A stretch of DNA of 64,000 bases from Octopus bimaculoides (taxonomy: Eukaryota): positions 163,175,528 to 163,239,527 of the forward strand of contig NC_068981.1 in NCBI RefSeq assembly GCF_001194135.2. Direction: 5' to 3'. The notes below the pieces were generated by a model that saw only the letters and a program-made list of their open reading frames with translations, ran no database searches and was not told where the DNA came from. The translations under genes were made by a program, and so were the position numbers. Every line of letters starts with the position of its first letter. Position 1 is the stretch's first letter. Of the stretch, positions 12,400 to 26,475 are shown piece after piece.

Positions 12400-12530
12400 G
12401 ATTCCAAACAGTTTCCTTCTATCAAATTAACTCACAAAGCATTGGTCAACCAGGGGCTATATATAGTAGAAGACACTTGCCTAAAGGGATTGAACATGAA
12501 ACCAAGTGCATGCAAAGTGCACACTTACAT
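12400..12530 (-). mobile_element. SINE family A 5' half
   Basis: tcacaaagcattggtcaaccaggggctatatatagtagaagacacttgcc. Confidence 0.75.
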
Positions 12531-13630
12531 CATGAATTAGCTTTGATTAGTGTTAACTTGGACTTGATTAACAACAACAGGAGTACCATAATATTAAAGA
12601 TAAAAATAATGATAAAAAATGAACAAGTAGGTATTTATAAACTTTGGAAAGCTAGCAATTTTAATTTATGTCAGGTAATTAAATATTTTAAACTGATTTC
12701 AAAAGAAACTTGTAAAGAAAAAAAAGTACACAAGGTGTGTGTGTGTGTATGGGGGGGGGGGGGTGACATCATAAGTAATCTAAAATAAATGTAAAAGTAA
12801 AACACATTTTTACAGTAAAACAAGTAAAATAGATTTTTGTACTAAAACGCAATTAAAAAAAGCATAACTATAGAATTGTGTAATTATAATTTTGTACAGA
12901 ATACTTAATTAGTTTGGCACAGGAAAAAAACTTGAGATATGAAAATAAAATACTGAAATATTACAATAATTTATACAGTCCCATATCAGTATGGGAAAAC
13001 AGATATATGATAATGATGATGATAATGGTTATGATGAGAGAGGGTCCAAAAAAAAAAAAAAAAAAAAGCAGTAATAATATTGCCTTTATTTGCCTCAAAG
13101 GTAGCAAATGAGGAACATTACCAAAGTGAAGTAATAATAACAACAACAACAACAATAAAATAATAATAACCACCATCACTAAATTCACCATTATAATAAT
13201 CAATAATCACATTAAGTAAATTGAACCTTCGTTCTTAATTCTTTCACTCCACAGAATGCATTTTAATGCGTTATTGTTGGCAAAAAAAAAAAGATAAACT
13301 AAATGAATAAATAAAAATCTCTTTCTCAAGTAATTAAAGTTCAAATTATAGAAATTAACTCTGTGATCAATAAAATCAGTTGCAGGAATATGCACCAAAG
13401 TCCATAGCAACGGAAACAGTATTTACTCGCTCAACTGGATATTTAACAAAACTATGGACACACACACACACGTGCGATCATACATATACAAAAAAAGACA
13501 GCACAAACACGGACACATGCATAAAAAAAATATATTCAGAAAAACATACAAGCATAGAAATTCAGGCATAGGCACACATACATACACACAGAGGGATAGA
13601 GAGATATACATAGAAACAGAGCTCACACTT

Positions 13631-13667
<37 letters not shown>

Positions 13668-13996
13668 CACACATCACTAGATACAACAAAACACACGCAC
13701 ACTTAACATACACAGCAATCTAGTAAAATAGAAGAATTACAGATTTATTTGCATTCGATAAGCATAACCACTAATGTTACCAATGTATATGTAGGTGTTC
13801 CAATATGTGAGTGCATGTATATAGTACATTATATGTATACATAAATTAATACAAGTGCGTAGGTGTACACACAAATACATACGTGTTGAAATGTGCAGAA
13901 GAGTATATAAGTGCATGTGTCTTGTCTGTGAACAGGTAACAGTGAATGCATACATATGCATGCATAAATTAGCACCTCTGTAACCCACTAGATGGC

Positions 13997-14032
<36 letters not shown>

Positions 14033-15099
14033 CGTGCAACCAGATCTCTGGCAGTGTGGTGTATATCATCTACAAGTGGGTTTTTCAAAAGTCGAGTGTA
14101 TGCAAGATTGTGTGTACAAATATGTGAGTAAGCTTGAAGAAGGACGTGGGGTAGACAAAGAGAGAGAGAGGGCGGGGGGAGATTGTTTAGAGAAAGAGAG
14201 GGAAGGGAAAACATCTGAAAGATAGGGGTAAAAAGAGAAGGAAAATATGGGCAGGAGAGAATGAGAGAGCAAGAGAGAGAGAGAAGGGAGAAGTGCCTGT
14301 TATTCACTCTATAAAGAATTTCACATCAAATCCACAAAAAGTGTCTTGGCAGGTGCAGGGGAGTTAAACATAAAAAAAAATAAATAAATAAAACACCCCA
14401 CTGCCACCACCACCACCACACATATTTCCCTCAAAATACTAGAAAGAGGATAGTTTGGTCTGATAGGAGGGTTAGAAGAGGCACATAACTAGTCCAAACA
14501 GAACAGATAAACAAAGAGATCCGTTAAAGTAAACAGTAAATGACAAAGAGTGATTGCCGAGTGCCAGACATGTTTTGCACTGATCGATATCCGTTAAAGT
14601 GGAGTGAATAAATGGCATCATGCCAGAATAAACAATTAACTATTATTACATGAGTCTAACCAATAAGGGAAAGGGGCTTCTGTGTGGCCACTTGATAAAT
14701 CTAGAAGGAGAAACTAAATCTACCTTGAATCAATTGCTAGTGTCTTAACCTGTTAACTGTGAAATTAAATTTTGCTATTCCAATAATGATGTTAAATATC
14801 AACCAAGAAAAGAAAAAGAAAAAAAAAGAACCCCCCCCCCCCCGATCACATTGCCGCAATAAACTTTACAGATCTCAACTAAAAGTATGCATGACAGTCC
14901 ACAACAAAAGATATATTAGTATGTATATAAAACTTGTTTATGCAGGCAAAGGTGATAAAATTTTAAGTGGATATATCTGATTTCCTCAGGGAAAGGGTTT
15001 AAAAGAAAAAATTTAAGGAATCAATAGACAGTAGCTGTGGATATAATTATACCTGTGGAAAGTTGTGATGGCTACAGCAAGAATGTTCACAATTCTACT

Positions 15100-15420
15100 G
15101 GTATAGCTGTGTGGTTAAGAAGAATGCTTTGCAGCCATGTGGTTTTGGGTTCAATCCTACTGTGCAGCACTTGAGTCTTCTGTTGCAGTTTCTGACTGAC
15201 CAATGTGTTGCAAGAGAATTTCGCACGCGCGCGTGTGCGCCCTACCACTTGAGAAGTTGTGTGGGATTGTTAACACTGTCATAACTTAGCACTTTGCCGA
15301 AATAAATCAATAAAATAGTAGCAGACTCAAAAAACTAAATACTGAGATTGATTTGTTTAAAAAACTTCTTTGTGGTGCTCCAGCATAGCCACTGTCCAAT
15401 GACTGAAACAAGTAAAAAGA
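15100..15420 (+). mobile_element. SINE family A, decayed
   Basis: gctgtgtggttaagaag head, gggttcaatcc B-box, tail gtgctccagcatagccac...gaaacaagtaaaa. Confidence 0.8.
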
Positions 15421-16149
15421 TTGAGAAGTATCAGTGGTGGCTCGTGTATAGGAACTGTGGAACTGTAGCATCCCCTATTTCCACTTGATATTATCGATAA
15501 CTTTCAATAGAATGAGTCCTTTTTTCTTTAATTCTTTCTTTATACTTGTACATTATATAATCCTTAAGCTTAATGTGAATAGCCATCCCTTAGTTTATGA
15601 AAAAAATACAAAAATCCTTGTATAGAACTGTGCGCTTCACGGTTCCAGCGACTCGGTGTTTGGCTGTTGTGCGCATGCTCGCATGTCCGAGATAGGAAGC
15701 TTCACACTAGGGAGAGAGAGAGAGAGCACTGCATGAAAGGTGGTGTTTCTTTTTGACTCCACGTGTGTTGTGCTTAAAAACATGTTTATATTGTTGAATG
15801 TGATAAAGTATAGAATTATATTATTATCCTGCTTCCAGCTTCAGTATTGCTGGAAGGATTTGAAAACTAGGGCACATCCACCCCTTTTTTTGTGATTTAG
15901 GGGAGCATTTTTGAAAAACAAGGGCTATTTGCAGTGGTGTTCAGTGCAAACAGATCAAGTTTATGTATAAATTTTCTTTTTATATGTTTGTTTCTTTTTA
16001 TATGTTTGTTTCTTTTTACACAATATTAAAACAACAGCTAAATATTTTTTGAAGCAGCAGCCCCACTAATTTTATCTACGAACCACCACTGAAAGGTATA
16101 CTATGTCTGGAAAATGTTGTGGTGGGTACACAATTGAAATGTTTATAAT

Positions 16150-16277
16150 TATATGGTTATGTGGTTTTGAGTTCAGTTCAACTGTAGAGCAGCTTGGTCT
16201 AGTCTCTACTACAATGGCCCCTGACTGACCAATGCCTTGATAGTGAATTTGATAGATGAACACTGTATGAAAGCCCA

Positions 16278-16361
<84 letters not shown>

Positions 16362-16610
16362 AAGTGCATGAATGTATATATGTGTATATGTGTGTGTGTG
16401 TGTGACTGTTTGTACTCATTACTTAACAATGGGTGTTGGTTTGTTTACATTCCAGTAAATTTGCCTAAAGAAACAAAAGTAATAAAGTACCGGACTGACA
16501 ACAAAAATACTAATAATAAGCACTGAAGTCGATTCTTTGATTGAACTCTCCAAGATGGTGCCCCAGCATGACTACAGTTCAAAACCTGAAACCAGTAAAA
16601 AATAAAAGAC
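16150..16610 (+). mobile_element. SINE family A with expanded internal (TG)n
   Basis: Head and tail motifs flank a long TG run (~16280-16360). Confidence 0.75.
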
Positions 16611-16827
16611 AAAAAAGACCTTGGTCAACATGAGAAAATAAGCAACTGCCACAATGACAGAGGAGGCCTTGACAGTCGCTCGACACATTATATAGTGAAG
16701 TCCTAGATACACTTATATCCGAAAACAAAAAAATGACATGGGCACAGCTGGAACATCCATCAAGCCCCTACTTCATCAGAGCAGAACTAAAGCCACACAA
16801 CAACTATTATATCGTAGAATTGTTGCG

Positions 16828-16866
<39 letters not shown>

Positions 16867-17321
16867 CAATGGATAAAATGATGTTGAAGACAGTAACCAA
16901 GACAATAATGAAGATACTGATGATGGTGGTGGTTTTGACAGCGATGGTGATGATGACAATGGTGGCAGTGGTGGTGGTGGTAAATTACAATGGTATATTA
17001 TAGACTACCTCATTATAGACTAAAATTAAAAAGTGTGAAGTGAGAGTGTTCATAATGATGATGATAAAGATTATAACAGTAATGATGATGATGATGATGA
17101 TGATTATTATTACTGCAGTAGTGATGATGATGGTGGTGGTGGTGGTGGTGGTCGTGGTAATTACACTGATATAGACTACATTTTGAGAAACAGGCTAAAT
17201 TAAAAAGTGAGAAATATTGATAACAATGACATGTGATGATGACGATGATGATGGTAGTGGTGGTGGAGGTAGTGATGGTGACTGAGTGTGATGAGGTTAG
17301 TGGTAGTGAAAATTACACTGA

Positions 17322-17353
<32 letters not shown>

Positions 17354-17406
17354 NNNNNNNNNNAAAGCTATTCATTGAAAATATTGATTCTAAAATTATA
17401 TTCTTC

Positions 17407-17447
<41 letters not shown>

Positions 17448-17676
17448 ACAAATTACATATACTCTTTCTACTGGTTTCAGTCACTGGATTGCAGCTATGC
17501 TGAGTGCACTAACTTCAAAATCTGTATTTTTATAATCATTTTTATTTCATTAATCATTAAACTTATCAACCCCGCAACTTATTTCAGTCTGCTCATTTTA
17601 TTTTATTAATCTTTATTTATCTATCTGTTACAACACTTGTTTTATAACGAAGACAGGCACAAACACATATATACAT

Positions 17677-17712
<36 letters not shown>

Positions 17713-17736
17713 ATGCATTATCTACTACATATGTGG

Positions 17737-17880
17737 GGAATTCTGTCTGTGGGTGTGTTTGTGGAGTTGTTAGCTAACTCCTCCTACATCGTTTTATCAA
17801 TTTTGATGAAACTTGACACGTGAGTAGAACTCATGTCTGAAAACCTCATGGCATACTCAGATTCTTGAATGATTATTAAA
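17737..17880 (+). mobile_element. Possible Helentron/DINE-1-like non-autonomous element fragment
   Basis: tctgtctgt followed by tcaattttgatgaaacttgacacg, the motif typical of DINE-1/HINE elements. Confidence 0.4.
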
Positions 17881-19594
17881 GGTAACAATATTGCAATAAT
17901 GATGGTTTCTAACATATATATATATGTTTACATTATCGATGGTGAAATAAAAAGAATGGTCGATCATATTAACAGCTGTACATGACTTGTACCTACTGGT
18001 ACTCGTATATTATCATTCACTCCAGTTGGAATTTGAACTTGGAATGCAAAGATATAACTAAATATTAAAAAGTGTTTTATTTTAATGCTGAACTAATGTT
18101 ATCCCCAACAACCTTAATAATAACCATTAACTGTTTTATTAATCAAGCTGTTCAAACTTGAGATAAATTATAGGAAGTGAGATAGAATCATTCTTTTCCT
18201 TCTCCAGCACTCTTTCTCTAGCCCTCTGTTATTAACGAATCTGCAGAGAAGAAGCAATTTAAAAACTAAATTAGAAAAAAAAAAAAGAAGTTAGAAATTT
18301 ACAAATACTAATGAGTCCCTTTCATTCATTTGCTCTTCTAGTAACACCTCTTTCAGCTACACTTGACTATTTCTCATTAATTTGAATTGTGTTGGGAGGA
18401 ATTTCTTGGAATCTTGGAAACCTTTATTCACTTCAACTCCTCTTCCCATCCCTCTATAGTGGGACAGTTTCAGAAGGGTATTGTTGAAGTATTAGTCTCA
18501 ACTGCCCACTCTCATAACCACCCCCATCTCCCTCTCCTCTTTACAGTGAAATCTCCTTCCTTACTCTAAAAAGTATAAGACCCTCAATGAACTCACCTAC
18601 AACCATAAAAAAAGAAAATGAAAATTTGACCCTTCTTTCCTTTCCTTCACCTATCCCTTTCTCCCACCTCTCTCCCCTTTATCTCCCTCCACTTTTTTGT
18701 CTCATCCAAACTTGCACCTTGACCCTCTCTCCAGCTTAAACTAGTTTTATGAGTTGGTTCAGCCTTTATTGCCATCAAAAAGTATCATGGAAACATTCAC
18801 TCTTCTCCTCACATTGCTTTCAGACAAAACAGCAACAGCACTACCACCACCACCACCACCACCACCACCACCACAAATGATGACAGCAGAGCTGGTAGTG
18901 GTGGCGGATGTAGTAGTAGGTGTGGCGGAGGTGATTTTGGGCACAGGTGGCAGTAGTTCTTGTACTATTAGTAGTTGATACAATGGTGGAAACTGGTGGT
19001 GGTGATATTTTAGTAGCTGTAGTAATAATAAGTGTTGCAATGGTTGTAGTTGTAATAATAATTAATGTGGCAGAATAACCATCTTCAATGACTTACTATT
19101 TCAAAATGAGAACTATCTATGCAGTTGCTTACTCTTTTGAAAAGAGTATAACATCAATCTCACTATTTGACTGCTACTCTATTTAATTGACTATTTTTTG
19201 TTTCAAGTGTTGCATTGACCACACGTTTGATATTTCCCTGTTCAGGTTCTATCCAGATGAAGGTCATTTTATAATTTCCCTCCATGCTAGCATTTTCCTC
19301 GCTTGTGCCTGTCCCAAGTCACTGTTTATGCTTTACACTTGTCAATTCTTGTTTTTATACCAGTCTTATGCCTCTGTCCTGTATGCTTTTAAGTTGTAAG
19401 ATTTTATTTTATTTTATTTTGTTTTGTTTGAACCTGGGGGGGGCTTTCCAATCAAGTGATACCAACTTTTCCCAAGTGCTGAAATTGTACTGACCCTGAA
19501 TAAAAAGTTGGCCGATGAAATAGGTTTATGCATGCCTGTTTTTTAACCTTTCTGTTAACAGTTACACGTGTCCTTTACCTTTATTTGATGATTG

Positions 19595-19671
<77 letters not shown>

Positions 19672-19729
19672 ACATCTGTATTTGATGACAGACTTATACA
19701 ATCCATGTATTTGATGACCTATCTTTTAT

Positions 19730-20075
19730 CTTTTGTTTCAGTCCATTAGACTGCAGCCATGCTGGGGCACCACCTTGAAGAATTTTTAGTTGAATGAATT
19801 GGCTCCAGTACTTATGTCTTAAAGTCTGGTAGCCATTCTATCTGTCTCTTTTGCCAAACCACTCAGTTACAGAGATGTAAACACACTAACACTGGTTGCC
19901 AAACAGTGATGGGGGACAAATAGACACACACACACACGCACGAATATGACAGGTCTCTTTCAGTTTCTGTCTACCAAATCCATTCACAAGGCTTTGGTAG
20001 GAGATATTTGCACAATGTGCTATATAGTGGGACTGAACCAGGAACCATGTGGCTGGGAAGCAAACTTCACACCCA
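19730..20075 (-). mobile_element. SINE family A
   Basis: Reverse-complement tail, core and head motifs. Confidence 0.85.
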
Positions 20076-21299
20076 TCCACACACACACACAATGTCTAAT
20101 GAAATGAAATGGTTATTTTGTTCTATTATGTAAAGTAGTAGTAAACAATAAATGACCATTCTCATGGAAGCAATCTTCATCTAATTGTAATGTTATCTTC
20201 ATTCTTATTTACTTACGATATATAATTTCTATGTATGTATTACCCAAGAGAGAGAAAAAAAAAACAAACTCCCAGAACAGGACAGACACAGCTGCAATAT
20301 TTTTAATTGTAGGGCTGCTCAGTCCAGATTGATGCAGCATTAAATAACAAGATGAAACTGACTTTTTTGTGCCAATTTTCACTGTGCTCAATTAATACAG
20401 ACATAGACCTTATCACTAACCAGAGGGTGAGGTGGGATGTAAAATAAGTACCAGTAATATACAAAACTCAATACAGTAACTAGTATTTACCATCCACAGA
20501 GCAATGAAAAGACTATGTCAATGTTGTTAAGATTTGAACTTAAATTAAGAATCAGATCAATGCAAGTGGTGCAACACTTTTATCATTCCATTGAGATCAC
20601 AAAATGGTAAAACAACAATTATAATATTTCTAACAAATTTTGGGGATGGAACTGACAATGATATAAACTCAAGTGTTTAAGTGATATTCTTTCAATTCTG
20701 CAAAAGTGAAAAGCAAAGTGAATCCACAAGGATGAAAGGCAAAAGCAATGCCATCAAGATTTTGAATTCACAAAGGGGTAAATATTACTAATAATAAAGA
20801 TTTTTCACACAGTCACAAGAACATGATGATAAGGAGGAGTAGGAGGAGAAGGAGGAAGAATAAGATAAAAGAGGGAAAAAAGAGCAGAAGAAAAACAGCC
20901 TGAGGCTGAGAATGAAAATATATTGCTTAGTTTAAGCAAATGGAAGAAAATAAATAAAACATTAAAAGAAAACACAAGAATGAAAATAAAGAGGATAAAA
21001 AAAAAAACAAAGTGCAAATATGTGTGGAAAAGAAAAAGCAAAGAAGAATATTACAATTTTTGTGGAAGGGGAAAAAAAATAGCATTTGACTGAAAAACAA
21101 AATCACACCTATAAAAAAAAAAAAGTAAAAACCTTCTCATTGATGCAAGTCTATTAGTAATGCAAGCATCAACAAATAGATGTTAAATTGGTCTATTAGC
21201 AATGCTACAGAAAAAATAGTAATTAGAAACAATAACTAGCCCACTACAAAACATGAAAAAAGAAAAGAATGCAATTACTGTGTGTGTGTGTGTAAACGT

Positions 21300-21388
21300 T
21301 ATCATATATATCATACTACTACCACAACTACTACTGCTATTACTACTACTTCTGCTGTTGCTACTATTACTGCCACTACTACCACCAT

Positions 21389-21433
<45 letters not shown>

Positions 21434-21475
21434 TCTACTACTACTACTACCACCACCACCACCATCATCATTTTA
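21300..21475. repeat. Compound (CTA)n/(CCA)n/(CAT)n trinucleotide repeat
   Basis: Direct reading; source of the poly-T/poly-Y/poly-V ORFs. Confidence 0.95.
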
Positions 21476-22310
21476 TGTCCATTTTTCCATGATGGTATGG
21501 GTTAGACAGGATACTGTAGTGTGTTCTGCATCATCATGCACATGCAGCAAGGAAGATTACAGTCTCCTCTACTTGCTGATAGCCGTTATTCAGAGTTCTG
21601 GCCATCACAGGCGGGTAGATAGTCTGTTATTATGCAGGAAGTGGAGCCTGCATCCCATTTGTTCTTTCTAGAATGAATGTACTAAATGAATTTTACAATG
21701 CCCTCAGCAATAGAGTGGCTGTCCTTAACAATTTCCACAAGATTTCATCAATTTTTCTTCAGAGTTGGTTTCTGTGCTAGACAGGCAGCCTGCAATGCTC
21801 ATAAATTCTATTATGAACATGTGTGTATCTATGTACACACACACATACACAAAATAATGTGTTTATCATCATCATTTAACACCCATCTTCTATGCTGGCA
21901 TGGGTTGGGCAGTGTCGAGGCATTGGAGCATACACATACATGTATGTGTATTTCTACAACTTCTGCATCGTCAGTTGAGGTTTCAAAAATTTTACATGGA
22001 CATCAATTGACAAGTGAGGGTTTACTTTGTCAAACACATCTAAGCATAACTGGCCCTTAATGATGGGAGAAATCAAGTCACAACTGGATGTGATGAAGTT
22101 ATTCTTTTTTGGCTTTCCTTCCTCATCAGATGAGGTACATGATGACGTTCAAGATAACACAAAAGACATTTCTTGACTGAAAAGTGCATAGGTTTTTCTG
22201 TTTGTACATCTGTTTCACAATAACAGTGAGGGAATCTAAAATGAATTTATGCTCACAGCTGATGCAAAGGAAAATGACTATTATACAGCACTTTCCAGAG
22301 CGTCGCCGTT

Positions 22311-22515
22311 GCCAGTACAGCCTGACTGGCCTTCGTGCAGGTGACACGTAAAAGCACCCACTACACTCTCTGAGTGGTTGGCGTTAGGAAGGGCATCCAG
22401 CTGTAGAAACTCTGCCAAATCAGATTGGAGCCTGGTGTTGCCATCCGGTTTCACCAGTCCTCAGTCAAATCGTCCAACCCATGCTAGCATGGAAAGCAGA
22501 CGTTAAATGGTGATG
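22311..22515 (+). mobile_element. Young 5'-truncated RTE 3' tail
   Basis: Near-identical to 37600-37785 and 54995-55155 and to the reverse complement of 33960-34150; ends in (GAT)n. Confidence 0.9.
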
Positions 22516-22588
22516 ATTGTGTAAAGGACTAACAATTATTATGGCTTTTGTACTTATTTCAAGAGAAAATAAGTATAAAAATTACCCT

Positions 22589-22968
22589 TACTCTTTTACT
22601 TGTTTCAGTCATTTGACTGTGGTCATACTGGAGCACCGCCTTTAGTCGAGCAAATCACCCCCAGGACTTATTCTTTGTAAGCCAAGCACTTATTCTATCG
22701 GTCTCTTTTGCCGATCCGGTAGGTTACAGGGACGTAAACACATCAAGCGATGTTGGAGGGGGGGGGGACAAACACAGACACACAAACATATACACACATA
22801 TATACAATGGGCTTCTTTCAGTTTCTGTCTACCAAATCCACTCACAAGGCTCTGGTCGGTCTGAGGCTATAGTAGAAGACACTTGCCCAAGGTGCCACGC
22901 AGTGCGACTGAACCCAGAACCATGTGGTTGGTAAGCAAGCTACTTACCACACAGCCACTCCTACGCCT
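22589..22968 (-). mobile_element. SINE family A, young full-length copy
   Basis: Complete head-to-tail reverse complement, close to the copy at 23740-24206. Confidence 0.92.
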
Positions 22969-23536
22969 ATAAGAAAATGAGATTTTTTCTGCCCATTTGG
23001 TACACACATACATGCAACCTTTCCTCACTGTTTAAGGGTTAAATTAGTTTCAAAGACACTTATCACACCACCCATCCTTCCAGGGCCAACACCCTTCTAT
23101 AAGCAGTAAAACAATTTTCCCAACCCCAGTCATGAACAGCCCATACCAGGGTGAAACTCTTGAGTAGACTTTTGATATAACAAACATATCTACCCATCTT
23201 ATTGAGTTTTATATCAGATGAAGTTTGCACTACATAAAATATGTTTTTAATATATAACTCTTACATTACAATACATACGTGTGTGTATGCACGCGCACAC
23301 ATGTGTATATGTATATAAGATAATATTTCTGTTCAAGGTATCACATCACTTCAGCGTGACACACTATCAGTTGATGTATATTAAAAATAAATAAATAATA
23401 AACCCAACTGAGATGATTAACTTTTTCTTTGCTAAATTAGCAGCAGGAATATAACCGGCTGCTTTCTGAGACAATGGTAGAGTTATCATTATCAGACAGG
23501 CAGTACAGCGTAGGAATAATAGTTGGCCCTTTGATA

Positions 23537-24229
23537 TACTGTATTTTAATGTGTATACGGAACCCTCGTACATAAGGAACCCTCTAATTTTGGGGATTTA
23601 AAGTTTGGAAAAAAAGGTTTCGTAAGAGATTATAATAGTATCCATGTATAAGAAACTCCCATATTTTTTTTAACCTAATTTTTGACAAAAAACGGTTCCT
23701 TATACAGGAGTACTTTATACAAAAAGAGTTCCTTATACAGGCGCAGGAGTGGCTGTGTAGTAAGTAGCTTGCTTACCAACCACATGGTTCCGGGTTCAGT
23801 CCCACTGCGTGGCACCTTGGGTAAGTATCTTCTAGCCTCGGGCCGACCAAAGACTTGTGAGTGGATTTGGTAGACGGAAACTGAAGGAAGCCCGTTGTAT
23901 ATANNNNNNNNNNAAGACTTGTGAGTGGATTTGGTAGACGGAAACTGAAGGAAGCCCGTTGTATATATGTATGTATATATATGTGTATGTGTGTGTATGT
24001 TTGTGTCTGTGTTTGTCCCCCAACATCGCTTGACAACTGATGGTGGTGTGTTTACGTCCCCGTAATTTAGCAGTTTGGCAAAAGAGACCGATAGAATAGG
24101 TACTAGGCTTCCAAAGAATAAGTTCTGGGGTCGATTTGCTCGACTAAAGGCGGTGCTCCAGAATGGCCGCAGTCAAATGACTGAAACAAGTAAAAGAGTA
24201 AAAGAGAGTATACATGTTAAAATATGGTA
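23537..24229. mobile_element. Tc1/mariner-type MITE interrupted by a SINE
   Basis: Imperfect ~22-bp TIR tactgtattttaatgtgtatac / gtatacatgttaaaatatggta with TA ends; internal cttataca repeats. Confidence 0.65.
23740..24206 (+). mobile_element. SINE family A, young full-length copy (contains a 10-N gap with duplicated overlap)
   Basis: ggcgcaggagtggctgtgtag A-box, gggttcagtccc B-box, tail gaaacaagtaaaagagtaaaagag. Confidence 0.92.
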
Positions 24230-25269
24230 CTTTGTTGCACCAGTGTGCTGAAAAACTACTGACTGCAATTAAATAAGAATGGAATTTAGCCAGCCATTTG
24301 ACTCAATGATGATGCCTCCAACTCTGCTATGGAATTTTGTTGGCAACTGTCACATGCATCACCATTATCATCATCATTGGACTGCTAGGTCGTCACAGGG
24401 AGTTACCCAGTTTATGTGGTGGGGCACATTACATTCTGTTGCCAGCGTTAACAAAGTGGTCCCTGCCATGGAGAATTTAAAGAGGCCTCTCTCTAGCCTG
24501 CATCAGAGATTTAGTACATGCACACACACACAAGAGAGAGAGAGAGAGAGAGAGAGATTATTGGTTGATGGCAGAAGGGAAAGGACATTAGCAAAAATAA
24601 AGAATTTTTTTTTCATCAGCTTTACAGAGTTTTCATCATCTCTCACTAATCTCCCAAGAGCCAATTAAGACTATACAGTTGCTCAACCTGTTAGAAATAG
24701 CAGCTAAATATCATTCAAATGACAAGCAGCTATCTTAACTGCAGCTTCAGACAAATAAGACCACACGTTTTCCTCTTCCCCTACTGCACCTCATATTCCT
24801 GCATCATGATCCACACTAATACTTTCATAGCCCTTCTTTTCCAGAGCCAACACCAGAAGCTCTCTATGTTTCTCCTGGAGATGTAAACACAAATGTATAA
24901 TTTGAAGCAATCTCACCAACCTTGAAGGGCCTGCAAAGGTCATGCATAATCTCCCCACCTCCTACTAACCCTTGAGCTATATAATACATACTATATCATA
25001 CAATAGATGTAATATTTATAATATATATCTATCTAATATAATACAATATATATATATATATAATATATAAATAATATAATATAAAACAATCACCATCATT
25101 CAATGTCTGATATATATAATATATACACGACATGTTGATACACACACACACACATACTCTTTTATTCTTTTACCCGTTTCAGTCATTTGACTGCAGCCAT
25201 GCTGGAGCACCACCATTAATATACATATATCTATATCTATATATAATATATATACATATACAATACAGT

Positions 25270-25311
<42 letters not shown>

Positions 25312-25969
25312 TGTGTGTAAAGTACAAAAACTAATCTATCTAATTATTAAGTCTAAATTTCTACACAAACACACATACACATAAATGCATCACAACACAC
25401 ACACACACATACTAGATTTCAAATTCCTTCTTTAAATGATTAAAAGAAGAAAACCAAATGTAAAAATAACTCAATATCATAACCACACACACAAAACCTG
25501 CATATAAACACCCTGAAATTCCTTATTCTCTACTAGTTAACGTTGTCACCTAGTTAACTTTGAGTGAAATTAAGCAAAGTGCCAAAAAGCTGTTTTTTTA
25601 ATCAGTAAATTCCATCATGTCATTTTTTTAGGTGTTGCAACAGACATGTTCTTTGTGTTCTAGGTTACTAATATGGTAATGGTTTTTGTAGCAGGAAGGG
25701 GGATGGGGTTGAAGTCCCTGCATCTCTACCCCACCCATGCTACCACAGCCACCACTCAGGCCCTGTATAAATTTGATGAATAGATTACATTCTTAACATA
25801 CAAAAAAAAATTTTTTTTTTTTTCATCTCCCCAATAAATCTAATCCAACATTAAAAATGAAAGAAGCAAATAACTATCTTTTCATAAATTCTAACATAAT
25901 GATATTAAATAAATTATCATCACTGCTATCTTTGTAATAATAACCCTCCCCATCATTATTATACATGAA

Positions 25970-26130
<161 letters not shown>

Positions 26131-26430
26131 TCATCACCATCATTATGATCAACTTTTGCAACAGTATTCCTAACCATAATAATTGTTATACACAAACATA
26201 TATCTATATATGTATGTGTGGGTTAAATATCTAAGTTAAGTGCCTGAATATTTTCACCCTATCTATCAACAATTTAAGAACTTTTCATGCCTCTTATGGT
26301 TCTCACTTTCTGACACATAACACAAATAAATATGTACATATACCTATGCATATGTTTATACAAGTAATTACATGTATGAGTGTGGGTGGGTGCAAATATA
26401 CATACAACTATGCTTTCAAATATGTAAATA

Positions 26431-26475
<45 letters not shown>

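Noticed and set aside
19236-19399. FYPDEGHF resembling the S9 peptidase catalytic-His motif after an AG
   Set aside because: Only a 6-7 residue match; downstream sequence does not fit, and the region looks like a retroelement terminal repeat
19488-19530. ctgaata...gatgaaatagg hammerhead-like spacing
   Set aside because: Core is mutated and no stem II can be formed
21500-21560. Minus-strand DDAEHT resembling an R1-type zinc knuckle
   Set aside because: Single short motif with no supporting RT homology
21183-21671. Poly-T/Y/V/L ORFs
   Set aside because: Trinucleotide microsatellite, not coding
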